DNA of 63,817 bases, filler included, from Perkinsus chesapeaki ATCC PRA-425 (Eukaryota > Protista > Perkinsozoa): the NCBI GenBank assembly GCA_013115145.1. It is 8 parts of 8 records of this genome, joined end to end, with 100 filler letters (N's around TTAATTAATTAA, not from the genome) between each part and the next. Parts side by side here need not be neighbours in the genome. Positions count along the whole stretch, not along the records: positions 47,107 to 52,388 come from JAAPAO010001174.1; positions 52,489 to 56,685 come from JAAPAO010001300.1; positions 56,786 to 58,662 come from JAAPAO010001748.1; positions 58,763 to 60,795 come from JAAPAO010001695.1; positions 60,896 to 62,236 come from JAAPAO010002028.1; positions 62,337 to 63,817 come from JAAPAO010001937.1; 2 more parts are not named here. The stretch is one strand, 5' to 3'. The position numbers and the translations under genes are program-made. Below, piece by piece: positions 50,250-62,452 of the stretch. Each line of letters opens with the position of its first letter. Position 1 is the stretch's first letter. The notes under the pieces are model-generated. The model saw only the letters and a list, made by a program, of their open reading frames with translations, made no database searches and had not been told where the DNA came from.

Positions 50250-51560
50250 ATGAACATAGATGATTTAGACGATCCAGTGGCATTCGTTGCCGCTGTCAAG
50301 CAACGAGCGTTGAAACAATCGGGGCGAGATATTGCCGAGCCCGAGGATCGAACCTGCGCCGCTTTCAATGAACGCGACCCGAGTGATGAACACGAGGAGG
50401 TACACCCGTGTTTAATCTTCCGGGTCTAGATAGTTCTTAACAGGCGTTAAGTCGACTGCGAGCTATGCACGCTCCTGTGATAGCGTCAGTTAGAAGGCAG
50501 AGAGATGAAATGAGACATAACAGTGTCCAAAGAGAATCGAAAGACGAGGGAATAGAGGCGGGCTTTTTAAGCGGGAGCGCCAGAAATCGTCGAAGTGACG
50601 AAATCTCGGAGGTTGCTGAATTCCAGGAGAGGGAGAAAGGGAGGAGCTATTCGAAAGAAACGAGAGAAAGTCGTCAAAGAATAGAAGTCAAACCAGCTTC
50701 CTATGCAGAGTGACGTTGAAAAGCCTTTCTATTAAAGGATGTTGTTTTAATAGGTATGTTGCAGTGTGTGAGCCTCACTTGGGATGGCGGACATTTGGAG
50801 GGCTGGGAAGGGGAAGGTTGGAGCGAGATGAGGAGCTTATTAGGAAATTGGCCAAGCAGGCTAAGTTACGAAGGGTGACACGACGGAGCAGAAACTCTTG
50901 GCGAATGGCAGCACCGTGATGCTGACACTAGTTCACTGTATTCAAAGCTAGACAAAAAAGTGACTCACCGAGTCTTTAGGAGAGAAAATCAGTAGCATTG
51001 TTGGTTGATAGCACTTCTGATGGTTGTGGTAACATCGCCCAGTGTTAATGGGCGAACCATTGTGTGGTATTGAAGCTAGGCTAGAGCAGCAGTCGTTCGC
51101 AGGTAAAACACTTCAGTCAGCAATTGCGGAAAATAAATGCGGCAAAACGAGGGTCGCCGAATCGAAGCCGGTCCAGGAAAGATACCCAGGTGAAGTTGTT
51201 ATTGGATGGGTGAGGCTCTTCCGATTCTCGGTAGGGTTCAATGGATGCGCGCTCACGAGCGATTGAGTACCACCGGCAAAATAGGGAAAACCGAAAGTCA
51301 ATTGAGAGGAAGTGCAGCACTCATGCCAAGGCGAAGTCTCGGGAAACCTCGGGTGAGCGAACCCACACAATTGAAGTACTTTCCTGACGCTATTTTCAGA
51401 GTCAAAGAAGTGCGATCAAAGGGCTGAGCGCGAGAGGCTAGAAGAGCTACTTCGACAACACGACGAAATTTGTATGAGAGTACAGAAGTTTCGGCAAGAG
51501 TAATCCGAGCTTTGTAGAGTTGTAAGTGTTGAAATAGCACTTCCACGATGGAAGTTGCTT
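50250..51560 (+). CDS. multi-exon charged hypothetical protein; end approximate
   Basis: MNIDDLDDPVAFVAAVKQRAL... followed by exon-like ORFs at 50465, 50710, 51042, 51206. Confidence 0.4.
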
Positions 51561-51787
51561 AATTTGTCCGATGGAGCATATCATTGCATACCAACCCTCT
51601 CAAAATTGAATCACTTTTTCCTCGAGGACTAGCCCCAACAGGGACAGCGCCACTGGATGAGGAACAGTATTAAGACAATACACTAGTGCATACATTTGGC
51701 TATTCTCTTTTTTGCTTCGATGCTATACGAAGTACCTGCTTTGCCATTTTCCGTTTACTTAGTAGTTTGGTCCTTCTTTCAAGTATA

Positions 51788-52388
51788 ATGTTTCCACCTC
51801 ATCTTTTAATCCTTTTCAACCTAACTTTGATCATCTCAGCCAGTCTGTTTGAGCCTAAAGGTGAGTCACTACCTGCCCAAACTTTTCATAGCGGCGAGAG
51901 TACCGTGAACTCGGATGGTAATGAGCAATTCGCGTCGGTTGGAGTGGCCACGCGACGACTTCCCGCCGGAGGCAGCTGGACAACAACTATCATTCCTACT
52001 ACAACGGAGCCAACGACTACCACTATGGTTACTATTCCTACTACCACTACTACCACATCGACGACGACTATTGTTTTGCCTTCGTCTACAAGTGGAGAAG
52101 GGACAACAGCATCATCTACAAGCAGTACCGCGCCAACAACGGTTGTTCCTACCACAACGGAGCCAACGACTACCACTACGGTTACTATTCCTACTACCAC
52201 TACTACCACATCGACGACAACTATTGTTTTGCCTTCGTCTACAAGTGGAGAAGGGACAACAGCATCATCTACAAGCAGTACCGCGCCAACAACGGTTGTT
52301 CCTACCACAACGGAACCAACGACTACCACTACGGTTACTATTCCTACTACCACTACTACCACATCGACGACAACTATTGTTTTGCCTT
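51788..52388 (+). CDS. secreted Thr-rich mucin-like protein with 51-aa tandem repeats, truncated by gap
   Basis: Signal MFPPHLLILFNLTLIISA; 153-bp unit PTTTEPTTTTTVTIPTTTTTTSTTTIVLPSSTSGEGTTASSTSSTAPTTVV, about 2.5 copies visible. Confidence 0.85.
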
Positions 52389-52506
52389 NNNNNNNNNNNN
52401 NNNNNNNNNNNNNNNNNNNNNNNNNNNNNNNNTTAATTAATTAANNNNNNNNNNNNNNNNNNNNNNNNNNNNNNNNNNNNNNNNNNNNGTAGGCCTATGG
52501 TCACTG

Positions 52507-52956
52507 GTGGACGGACTAAACTACCTGGTTAACTGTATCACCAAGGTCGCAAGCCAACATGGATGGACTATCGCTCTTAAGTACGACGAGGCGGTGCGGT
52601 CGAGATGGGCAACGAAGAGCCTTTTCGGCGACACCTTCAACCTCCAAGCAGAAGCCGCTCACGTTGACTTGGAGTCCCTACTTATGGTGAAAGGCGCTGC
52701 CGAGAAGGCAGCCAGATCTGAACCAGGGCGCATCTGTTTCGGCTTCAGTAAAGCGGGGCCTGAAGGATGTAGAAGGAAGAATTGTACTTTCATACACCGA
52801 TGTGGAATCTGCCGCAGTTTTAAGCATGGTACTTCGCAGCACAAGAAGGGCGACTCTGGTCCTAAGAACCCCGTTGATAATAAGGAGTCTGCGGTGAACT
52901 TGACGGCCAATAAGAACAAGGCGAACCCCCCTGGCAACGCTAAGCACAACGCCTGA
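52507..52956 (+). CDS. gag-like ORF C-terminus with CCCH and CCHH-type zinc motifs (5' end in gap)
   Basis: CFGFSKAGPEGCRRKNCTFIHRCGICRSFKHGTSQH. Confidence 0.75.
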   Translation: MDGLNYLVNCITKVASQHGWTIALKYDEAVRSRWATKSLFGDTFNLQAEAAHVDLESLLMVKGAAEKAARSEPGRICFGFSKAGPEGCRRKNCTFIHRCGICRSFKHGTSQHKKGDSGPKNPVDNKESAVNLTANKNKANPPGNAKHNA

Positions 52957-52983
52957 CGGTTATGCGGAAGCCCCGCATCAGGC

Positions 52984-55201
52984 TTGCACGACGACGACAT
53001 GAAGCGTCCCCATCCCAAGGCTAACATCGATCAGCGAGAGGCACCAAGCTATGCTCCAACGACGAACAAGAAGGACGTCTTGCCTCCCGTGGACCATATC
53101 CGCAAAGCCGTTGCCAAACCAAACCCCCTAAGCACTGCACGTGATGCCAAGTCCATTAAATCTACTATAGCGAAGGCCTTCGACTTGGGTGACAACCTCA
53201 ATAACTGGAGGCTGCTCAAGCTGCGTCTATGGGAACTGAAGGCAAAATCGCCTACAATTACAAAGAGGAATAATGATATTATCAACGAGGCCCCCGACTC
53301 GGTGAAGCCCATCATCAAGCATAAGAACCTGGCACTGTTTCAAGCTATGCTGGATAGTATCGGTGACTGCGACTCTGACCTACCCAAAGATATCTCGGCG
53401 GGCTTCGCCATGTGTGGTACTTTATCATCGAATGGTGTCTATGAGCCTCGAGACGAACCACCACCTCAAGATAAAGATGAGCTTTTAGCTAATGCAAGTC
53501 ACATACGCTTGATGACCTCCCGTAGGAAATATGATGGTGACCAGCGAACGCTGGCTGAGCTTTGGCGAATGGCGATGAGCGATGTGGCGGCGGATAAGCT
53601 CTCAGGACCATACACTGAAGATGATATGAAGGGTTTCTTCGGCGATAAATGGCTTTACTCGGAGAGGTTTGCTAAGGAGGAGGTCGATAAGACTAGAGCT
53701 ATCGACGACCTTACCTCTTCCAGGGTGAACTCGTTGACATCCATACCGGAGCGGATTTACTTGGACACCATTGATGATGTCATATATGCTCTCAGATACA
53801 CCTACATGGAGGGACAGAGGAGAGGAAAGCCCCCTAAGCAACACGCCATGTTTCGGGTGGACCACGCTCAAGCCTACAGGCAATGTCCTGTAAGGGAAGA
53901 TGATGCCGACATCTTGGCCATTCGGCTTACTATGCCCGACAAGTTAGTGGACTCTGAGATCTCCAAGGATCGGTACTTCATTCATCGCTGTTTACCTTTC
54001 GGAGGGCGAAGCTCGGTGCGTATGTATACCAGAGTCTCAAGAGCGATTGTGGAAATCCTTAGGAAGGAATTCCTAGTATTGGGCTTCTGTTATATCGATG
54101 ATTTCTTTGGGGTAAGCCCCGAAGACCAGGCCTCAATATGCTACGCCATCATGAAGGAGGTGAATAGGTTACTTGGTTTTGAACTGAAGGATACTAAGTG
54201 CACCGAGCCTTGTGCCGACTTGAAGCTCCTTGGTCTGCGGATCGTGATCAACACCACAACAGTAGTCCTCGACATTGACGACAAACGGCTAGAGGAACTG
54301 AGTCGAAGCCTAAAGACTGCTTACGCTCTTCCTTGGCTACCTCANNNNNNNNNNNNNNNNNNNNNNNNNNNNNNNNNNNNNNNNNNNNNNNNNNNNNNNN
54401 NNNNNNNNNNNNNNNNNNNNNNNNNNNNNNNNNNNNNNNNNCCCCATGAAGCTTCTAGGTTGGCGGGGAAATTGGGATTTGCTCTCACGGCCCTCCCTAT
54501 TCAGGAGAGCAAACCAAACACATCCACTGAAAGATGAAGCGTCCTTGGAGAACGAGCTGAAAGAGTCGTTACAGTGGTTCCTATGGGCTCTACAAGCGTG
54601 CCCCCGTCGGACGATGATGTTGAACAGCAATGTCCCTTCGGTGGTTATGTACTCAGATGCCGAGTTCTCAATCGAAACCGACGTCAAAGGCAACGTTACT
54701 AAGCATGGCTGTATTGGTGGCATTTTGGCATTAAGTTCGACAAACGTCACCGCACTTTCATGGGATGTCCCTGATGAGTTGTTGCACTATTTGGATGACA
54801 GGAAGACTGATATCCATCCCCTAGAAGCACTGGCTGTGCTGGTATGTCTCGAGCATTTTCTCAAAGTGGACGAACCTTTAGGCCGGCTGATTGGCCGAAC
54901 AGCTGCGGCTAATATTGTGTGCTACATTGACTCTACTGTCGCAGAGGGATGCATAAGAAGAGGGTACAGCAGCTGCAGAGACCTCAACCTGATCAGCAAA
55001 GAGGTCTGGAAAACAGCGGCCCAAAGCAAGGTCGACATATGGACACTGAGGGTACCTTCGGCATCGAATCCTGCTGATCTTCCGAGCAGAAGGAAGTTCC
55101 GAGAGATGAGGGAACATGGTTGGCAGCTATCGAGGACGACTCCAACCCCATCATGGAGGAAATGGTTGCAGGTGGATACCCACTCAGAAGTCGCCGATTG
55201 A
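52984..55201 (+). pseudogene. pol: reverse transcriptase plus DIRS-type RNase H, with internal gap and frameshift near 54495
   Basis: RAIDDLT, DHAQAYRQ, LPFG, YIDD, LLG; RNase H YSDA, LEALA, IDS, NPADLPSR; frame switches from LAGKLGFALTAL to LFRRANQ. Confidence 0.88.
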
Positions 55202-55561
55202 AGTCTGTGAGTGCCGTGTATGGCTGATTAACTTGGGTGACTCGAGTTGAGTCACTCAACTGATACTACTTGAAATTGTTTCTCTAAGACTATATGCAGT
55301 TCGACTCTACCTCAATAATATTCAAGTTATTGTGCATTCTTATAGGGCATGCGTATAACTGGGAATCCAGTATATGGCTAGCCGCTAGCGACAATGCTGG
55401 TAAAGGGAGGCCCTGCAACTTGCTGGATAAACCGCACCATCGCTAGTCATGTGGACAACCCGTGACTGGCATCTCCGAGCAAGGGGATGAATGACATGCT
55501 TGTCACTGGTTATCCACTCCTCAATAATTATCCATGTTCAGGTGCAAATCGACCTTCACTT

Positions 55562-56576
55562 ATGGCAACGCTGGATATGGAACGGGCTTTACGATCTCTC
55601 TCTAGCATACGGCCCTCCACCCTCAAGACCTACCTACAAGGGGCAAAAAAACTATGTCGGTTTCTGCAAAGCTTTGGACCTCCAAGTCTTCCCGGTCAAC
55701 TCCGAAGTACTATGCTTGTGGTTGCAAACCTTCAGGAACAAGAATACTATGAAAAACTATAACAGTGGTGTTAAGTTCTTCTCCAACCTACTATCACCGA
55801 CCCATGATGGACAATCGCCATTCAGGAGTGAAGCTATCACTGCCACAAAGAGGGCTGTTAAGATGACCAGCCCGCCTACGAGAAAGGCCAAAGGTATCCA
55901 CCTAGAGACTGTTAAGAACATCATGATCACGGCCGAACGGAGCTGGGCGTCGGCAGTGGAAAGAAGAACTCCCAACTTGTCAGAGCTTCATAAGGCGGCC
56001 CGCTCTATGCAATTTGGGGTTGCATGTTTGGTGGCATATACCTGCGCCATGAGAGTTAAGGACGAGACCCTATCACTCCAGCTGGATGACATCACCATCA
56101 AAAAGAAGTGTTTCATGCTCAAGTTAACAGCACGGAAGAACAAGAACCGCCCGACGAAGATCGTCCGTCCGTGCATCTGCTCTGAGGCTGAGAGGCTAGT
56201 ATGTGCTCACCACAAACTCCGCAAGCTGAAAAAGATAATTCTAAAGTTGGCCTCACTACAAGGACTTACCACACGAAGCCCTACACTCTAATTCCCGTTC
56301 ACGCTCGGCTACTTCAACCAGCGCTTAAGGAAGACTCTAAGGCTATGCGGTATAAAGAATACAAGCAAGTACGGTTCTCACTCCTTCCGCCGTGGCTCGA
56401 CTGAAGATATTACTAGTGGCGGGGGCAATGCTACGATATCTCAGGTCCTAAAGCACCAGGGTACCAGGAGCACCTCCTTCCGAGAGTATGTCAACCAGCA
56501 CAAGATGGAAAAGCTGGATTTCCCTGGACTCATCAAGAACATCTCCGAGAAAAGACTAAGAAGCCAAGGAAGATAG
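55562..56576 (+). pseudogene. tyrosine recombinase, with A7 frameshift (55645-55651) and in-frame TAA (56289-56291)
   Basis: RPSTLKTY..., CAMRVKDE, and after the TAA in the same frame GSHSFRRG ... LKH ... FREYV. Confidence 0.85.
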
Positions 56577-56785
56577 ACTGAGTGTAAGCACCCGCGGGCC
56601 ACCCCGAATCGAGGGAGGTTATCGTGCCCCGGGTTGCCAAACACTCTGTCTTTCTACCCTTGAGCAATGAGGACTTGAGTTATGTNNNNNNNNNNNNNNN
56701 NNNNNNNNNNNNNNNNNNNNNNNNNNNNNTTAATTAATTAANNNNNNNNNNNNNNNNNNNNNNNNNNNNNNNNNNNNNNNNNNNN

Positions 56786-57380
56786 GTTTTCGTGGTTACC
56801 ACAAGACCAATATCGCGGTAATTCGCGGTAATCGCGAGGAGCGGCAAGGTTAACGCGATTACCACACCACTATGTAAAACCGCGGTAAATATCGCGAAAA
56901 GTAACGGTAATCGCGGTAAAACCGCGGTCTAGAACAGCGTAACTGCGGACCTTACGATTATAAGCACAGCACTTTATCGCGTTGCACTACAGATCTCCGT
57001 CGCTAGCACAGCATCTACATATATCTTATGATATATATCTTAGATATCTTATATACTAAGTGCAAAAGCCGCCTCCGCCGAGAAGGAGGTCGCCCATCGA
57101 GACCTGTTTGTGCATGCCGGATACTCGTAAACTTTGACTATCTTTATCACGATCGCATGGGAGTCGGCGCTGCTAACTGAATTTTTTGTCCTGATATTCT
57201 CTTAAGCTTGTGTTTTGAGAACCTAAGTTTAATTACCGCCTAGAGAGGTAAGATTTCGTGGTAACCGTCGCGAAGTGAAAACCGCGTTGGGCGGTTTTCG
57301 CCGTTTTGTGTTTTTTTGCGCGGTTTTCGTGGAGTGGTAAGCGGTATTGGGTTACCGGTAGTGGTTACCATATCGCGGGT
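56786..57380. repeat. repeat-rich segment with inverted subterminal-like CGCGGT(AA)/AAAACCGCG motifs, possible MITE or DNA-transposon remnant
   Basis: Clusters of cgcggtaa/aaaaccgcgg at 56800-56940 and gcggtttt/gtggttacc at 57255-57380 around a unique core. Confidence 0.4.
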
Positions 57381-57424
57381 GCATCTCCAATGATACATGT
57401 GTGTTACATTGTACATGATGTAAT

Positions 57425-57714
57425 GATGGTGTAATGATTGTAAATTACNNNNNNNNNNNNNNNNNNNNNNNNNNNNNNNNNNNNNNNNNNNNNNNNNNNN
57501 NNNNNNNNNNNNNNNNNNNNNNNNNNNNNNNNNNNNNNNNNNNNNTACAATTTGTAATACAATCATTGTATAGTAGCCATTCAGTACGCAGTTTTCTTAT
57601 GGGCAGATCTGCAGTAGTAGATGGTGTAATGATTGTAAATTACAATTTGTAATACAATCATTGTATAGTAGCCATTCAGTACGCAGTTTTCTTATGGGCA
57701 GATCTGCAGTAGTA
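57425..57714. repeat. 95-bp tandem repeat spanning a gap
   Basis: tacaatttgtaatacaatc at 57546 and 57641; unit start also seen before the gap. Confidence 0.9.
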
Positions 57715-60659
57715 AAGTTGAAACCTGATGGTTTCTTCTTTCTTTAAGCCGTGTCGGAAGAGCAGGCTAACGGTGTGGAGGAAGACCTATGGGTCACCCT
57801 GGCCCCATAATGGGTGTACTCGTATCGCATCTGTTCCCAGCACTAGGTTGTGCACTCATGTGCACTACATGCATATTGCACGAACGTTTCCCCAACGAAC
57901 CGTAACCAAAGTTCCCCCCAGAGAAACCTGAACAGACTGAGCAGAGGAACTGATCTCACCCTTTTCATCAGTGGGAATTATGCTGCAAAATAACAATTTA
58001 AGCCTCATTTCTGGCCAAAAAAAACAATCGTAAGAAAAAAATTCAAGCCTGCGGCTTTTTTGTTCCCTTTTTTACGTTGTTCCCGGGAGCAATACCAACT
58101 TTTGTTTCTTCTCATTTATTCCTTGGAACAATTCTTGGAAAGAAAAAAATTGTTCCCGAATGTACAACCCTGAGTTTTAATAACTGCTTCTGTGGCTTCG
58201 GTTGTAGAGATAGGAATTTATCAAGCTGGCCATGTGTATGTGTGACTCAGTGGCAAGCAGTGACAACCATCATGGTTGTCCAATACGGGGATTGAACGAC
58301 AATTCGATATAGTGCAGATAGTGTCGTTCATTGACTCAGTCAATTCGACTGCAAAGTTATTGAGAGGCGGGCGGCTTCCAGTGGGCCGACATGCTAAGAT
58401 GCGAATATGACTTCGTTAGCGATTCTGGCAACTTGTTCTGGTTTGACTGAGTCATCTCAGATCTGAGATCCATCAACACAGGAATGAACGAAACTCGATA
58501 AGACTGCCAAGTGATATCAAACTTTGTTGCAAATTATGAAATGTTAACCACCATTTGATGCTGCATCAATTCGTTCCTTTCTTTCAACCGCTCTATCCAA
58601 CTTCGCCTTTGTGTCGTTGTCCCATGCCACAGAGTCACATTGCGGTTCGCTTCTGCTGGGCGNNNNNNNNNNNNNNNNNNNNNNNNNNNNNNNNNNNNNN
58701 NNNNNNTTAATTAATTAANNNNNNNNNNNNNNNNNNNNNNNNNNNNNNNNNNNNNNNNNNNNTGACTCACTGTCCTACTTAGGCTGGTTTTGCTTATTTC
58801 TATATTTGCCTGCTCTACACACTCAATCATTATGCCTGCACCCTTCAACGAGTTGCGTCAAGAGAATGAACGTGATATCTTAACATAAAAGAATATTCGC
58901 TTTTTTAAGCCACACCGCGCAAGCGAGTGCGTAGTGGGAAGATATAACAGAAAGTATGATAGAAAATATGCTACTAGTGCGGAGACATCATAGGACCAAT
59001 TTTTGTGGTTGAACGATCTCTCTCTTCAACATTCGTCCTTGTTCTATCTTAGTGTAGTATCCTTTGTTATCGCTTTGTCTATGCCTATAAGTAATACTAT
59101 CCCATATGGGAGTGATAAGGCTGCCAGTAGCGAGGCATCGGATATTCCCACTGTATCTGATACAACTGACGAAGGTATTGCCCCTGTTTTTGAAGGTCTT
59201 ATAGGAATTGTCGGTATCAGGTCAACAGCAGGATGCTGCGCCAATAGTAACATTATCAAGGCATCTTATAGCAGACTATAATGATGTCAATGACATAAGC
59301 AGAGTTGATTCGGCAGTAGATGGTCATCAAGGGTAATAACCAATTCGGGAAGATTCAGATCTTTTTATTACAACGGCGAAAAGGCTGAAGAACCGTCGTA
59401 AAGTTATAGGTATTCGTATCCACTACTAGCTTGTATTAATAAGGCTTTTTGCACGTAATATTATCCTTACCTTGACTCTATACTAAACGAAATCCTCATC
59501 AGCTTCAAATAGCCCGTAAATTCATTGCTCCCAATCTAACAGCGCCGCCTCTTTGAAAGTCAACTTTGTGGTTGTTAGCCTTGAACAGCTCGTTGTTTCC
59601 TACGCGAATTTTAAAGATATTATCGATAATGTTAATGTTCTCTTCAGTAGTAGTATACAAACAAGGGTCGTGTGCAACGATCAATGAGTCATAGAGTAAC
59701 CTCAAACTGATGAGTAACCTCTAACCTCAAAATGAAAAAATGATACTCTCCTCTGAGTAAAGCGTCTAATCATAGCAACAGTACAAAACGGAGAGAAAGG
59801 AATATCTTTTAGTCCCTTCCCTCGGTTTTACGAATCGCCGGGTAGACACCGTTATAAGTTATTTTCCTCAATACAGCGGTCCGTACGAGGCCTTATTCCA
59901 GGTACGTAACTGCTAGATTTGACAGCGAGTTTGATAGTGACTCGGAGGGCAGCGACTCGCCTTTATCCTCCTTATGCGCTTCGTCACCGCCCCCCAATAC
60001 GGATGAGGGGCCACGCTATGTTTCGGGCATTCTATCTCCGGATATAGTCCCACCTAGTCGGGAGGGGTCTCAACTTAAATCGCCGGTAGCAGCTGTGGAG
60101 AGGTAGTAAGGGGGATTTTGAAGAACACATTTTTGGTAATACCTGCGATGTGGATAAAAAGTTCACCGCGGAATGAACGGGCCTTTGTAGCTAGGATGCT
60201 ACTTGAAGCGCATCTTAGCGGATTTGCTAATATTCAGCCTCCTAATGCTAAGGGGAGTTGACAGGATCAGGACAATTCTGAGTTTAGCATCCTGTTGAGT
60301 ATCATACACGCTTCATATTGATATATATTACATTATTGAACTCACAATGAGAACTTTATAAGAATCCTTTTATTTAACGCACCCTGTAGATTTTCGAGAT
60401 TCGTCACCAACGTTCTTCAGGACCCAGCCCTCTCTATGGTTGGATTTGTCTGATATGTGGAAAGAGGCTACGGACGCCATGGGTGGGCTGATACAGCAAG
60501 CGCGGAGCATTCAGTTCCCTAAGTCATGCCAGCAGTACACGTATCGCATACCGTCTCCGCGAAATAGTGATGAAGATGGATGGAAGTAGCTGTCCAGATG
60601 GAATAACAATTTGTAGCATTCAACATTTATCTTATCATCAGATGTGGGTTGAGTGATTT

Positions 60660-60796
60660 GGAAATATGTTACTAGTGATACGGAGGAGGAGGAGATATAA
60701 TAGAAAGGAGTTTGATAGGAAATATGTTACTAGTGATACGGAGGAGGAGATATAATAGAAAGGAGTTTGATAGGAAATATGTTACTAGTGATACGN
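60660..60796 (+). repeat. 55-58 bp satellite family, tandem copies at contig edge
   Basis: aatatg recurs at 60663, 60721, 60776. Confidence 0.95.
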
Positions 60797-60895
60797 NNNN
60801 NNNNNNNNNNNNNNNNNNNNNNNNNNNNNNNNNNNNNNNTTAATTAATTAANNNNNNNNNNNNNNNNNNNNNNNNNNNNNNNNNNNNNNNNNNNN

Positions 60896-61012
60896 ATCAA
60901 TCTTTAGTTCTGCCTTGCTGTGTCTATGCTACTTTAATATCAATCTTTAGTTCTGCCTTGCTGTGTCTATGCTACCTTAATATCAATCTTTAGTTCTGCC
61001 TTGCTGTGTCTG
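60896..61012. repeat. 43-bp tandem repeat, about 2.7 copies, at contig edge
   Basis: atcaatctttagttctgccttgctgtgtctatgctactttaat. Confidence 0.9.
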
Positions 61013-62336
61013 TGTATCGCTGATCACTGTCAACACAAGCATAATTATTTTCTAAGTATATTTTATGGTATATTTCAATAATAGATTTTATATTTTATTA
61101 TTATTTTTATAATATTATTATTAATTATGTATCTTATATTGAATAGTTTATTTATTTTCATTGTATATTGCTAACAGTATTAGTACAATTACTGTCGACA
61201 GCCTGCATTTTACATTTGGTCAGTAGTAACACATTTCGCTCAACACTTCATATTCAGAAACGCCACAATCCTTTTTGACACATCACCGCGAACAGCAGGT
61301 AAAGTAGCCACTGGACGACTGATGAAACCGTTACAGTGGGCGGTCTGGCAGGCAGATGAGAAGCAACGAATTCTAATAAGTCATCCGACGCACGCTTGTC
61401 ACGCTTGCAGTATCCAGCATCTTGGTGATGATCTCCTTGGGTGGACCCTCGGGCTCAATCTGCAGGGAAAAAGATCTACGCGGGCGACTGCAATTCGGAG
61501 CAGTTTCCTAGCAAACTCGCAAAAATTAAGTCGAAATATGCATACAGTGAGGCAATTCATACCGATTTTTCCGCCGAACAATTGCACTTCTCCTCGCCGA
61601 GGAGCCCTCGGTATCATGATTCGAGCTCAATCTGAACCTAACAACGTTAGCAGTCATCCGCCAGATATCACCACGGGCGATTGCTTATTTCGGGATTTCC
61701 GCCGAACTCACAAAACTAAAGTGCAGCCAGTGAGGAGTTTCGCGATAGCCTACTAAACAACAACACACAGTGCGTAAATGAGGACACGATAGTCATTCGG
61801 CATTAAACAAGCAATTTCGAGTGGCCCCGTAGCATTTCTGTAGCAGAGACCATGTTTACTGTCAAGTGATCTAATCGCACCGACAAGCGTCTGTCTTTGG
61901 AATGATTATCCTATCGCTTGACGAGATTCTCTTCGAGATTTCAAGGCTTGAAGTTCAAGCTCTTGTGAAATCTTAACCGCAAATCAAATGTCCGAGCAAC
62001 AATGTCAATTCCCAAGAATGACAATAAGTATTCATGTTTGACACGAGTATAAGATGTCGGGTCCAATGAAAATGAAGGGAAGGTTGTGATTCCTAAACCG
62101 GAGTATAGGGACCTTCGAGTGAATGGTATCAGGCTGAGTTTTGCACACTTGCATCTGACATACATGGCGGTGGTGGTGAACGAGCGTACTGCAACTGTAC
62201 TGGCTCGACATGATGGTAATCTGATGCTCATTGAAGNNNNNNNNNNNNNNNNNNNNNNNNNNNNNNNNNNNNNNNNNNNNTTAATTAATTAANNNNNNNN
62301 NNNNNNNNNNNNNNNNNNNNNNNNNNNNNNNNNNNN

Positions 62337-62408
62337 TCCGTATCACTAGTAACATATTTCCTATCAAACTCCTTTCTATTATATCTCCTCCTCCGTATCA
62401 CTAGTAAC
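62337..62408 (-). repeat. 55-bp satellite family, reverse-complement copy
   Basis: tccgtatcactagtaacatatttcctatcaaactcctttctattatatctcctcctccgtatcactagtaac. Confidence 0.95.
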
Positions 62409-62452
62409 GCTTTTCGAGCCTCCAGGAAGACCCTCTAATGTATATTGTTGAA

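Larger units (their letters stand above)
52489..56685 (+). mobile_element. tyrosine-recombinase retrotransposon (Ngaro/DIRS-like), decayed, both ends at gaps
   Basis: Order gag(CCCH) - RT - RNase H - YR, all on the plus strand; several frame lesions. Confidence 0.9.

Noticed and set aside
50331-50365. Sixth B-box match (minus strand, gcaggttcgatcctcgggctcggca)
   Set aside because: Lies in a probable plus-strand coding exon (IAEPEDRT) with a poor T-stem; treated as the chance hit, showing the motif alone is not proof
51886-52436. Val-rich and Leu/Gln-rich ORFs
   Set aside because: Shadow frames of the Thr-rich mucin repeat
56289-56291. TAA in the YR as programmed readthrough
   Set aside because: No known readthrough context and other lesions in the same element; decay or sequencing error is simpler
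57566-57580. GTAGCCATT resembling the dinoflagellate/Perkinsus spliced leader
   Set aside because: Only 9 nt match, no GGCTCAAG or downstream donor; part of a 95-bp repeat
60660-60796. Satellite arrays as possible CRISPR
   Set aside because: Contiguous units without unique spacers, no cas genes, eukaryotic context
57720-62236. Exon-like fragments on short contigs between gaps (incl. ORF 61322-61756 and DGNLMLIE at about 62215)
   Set aside because: Could not be assembled or assigned; the 62215 fragment may belong to the phospholipase B gene but evidence is too thin
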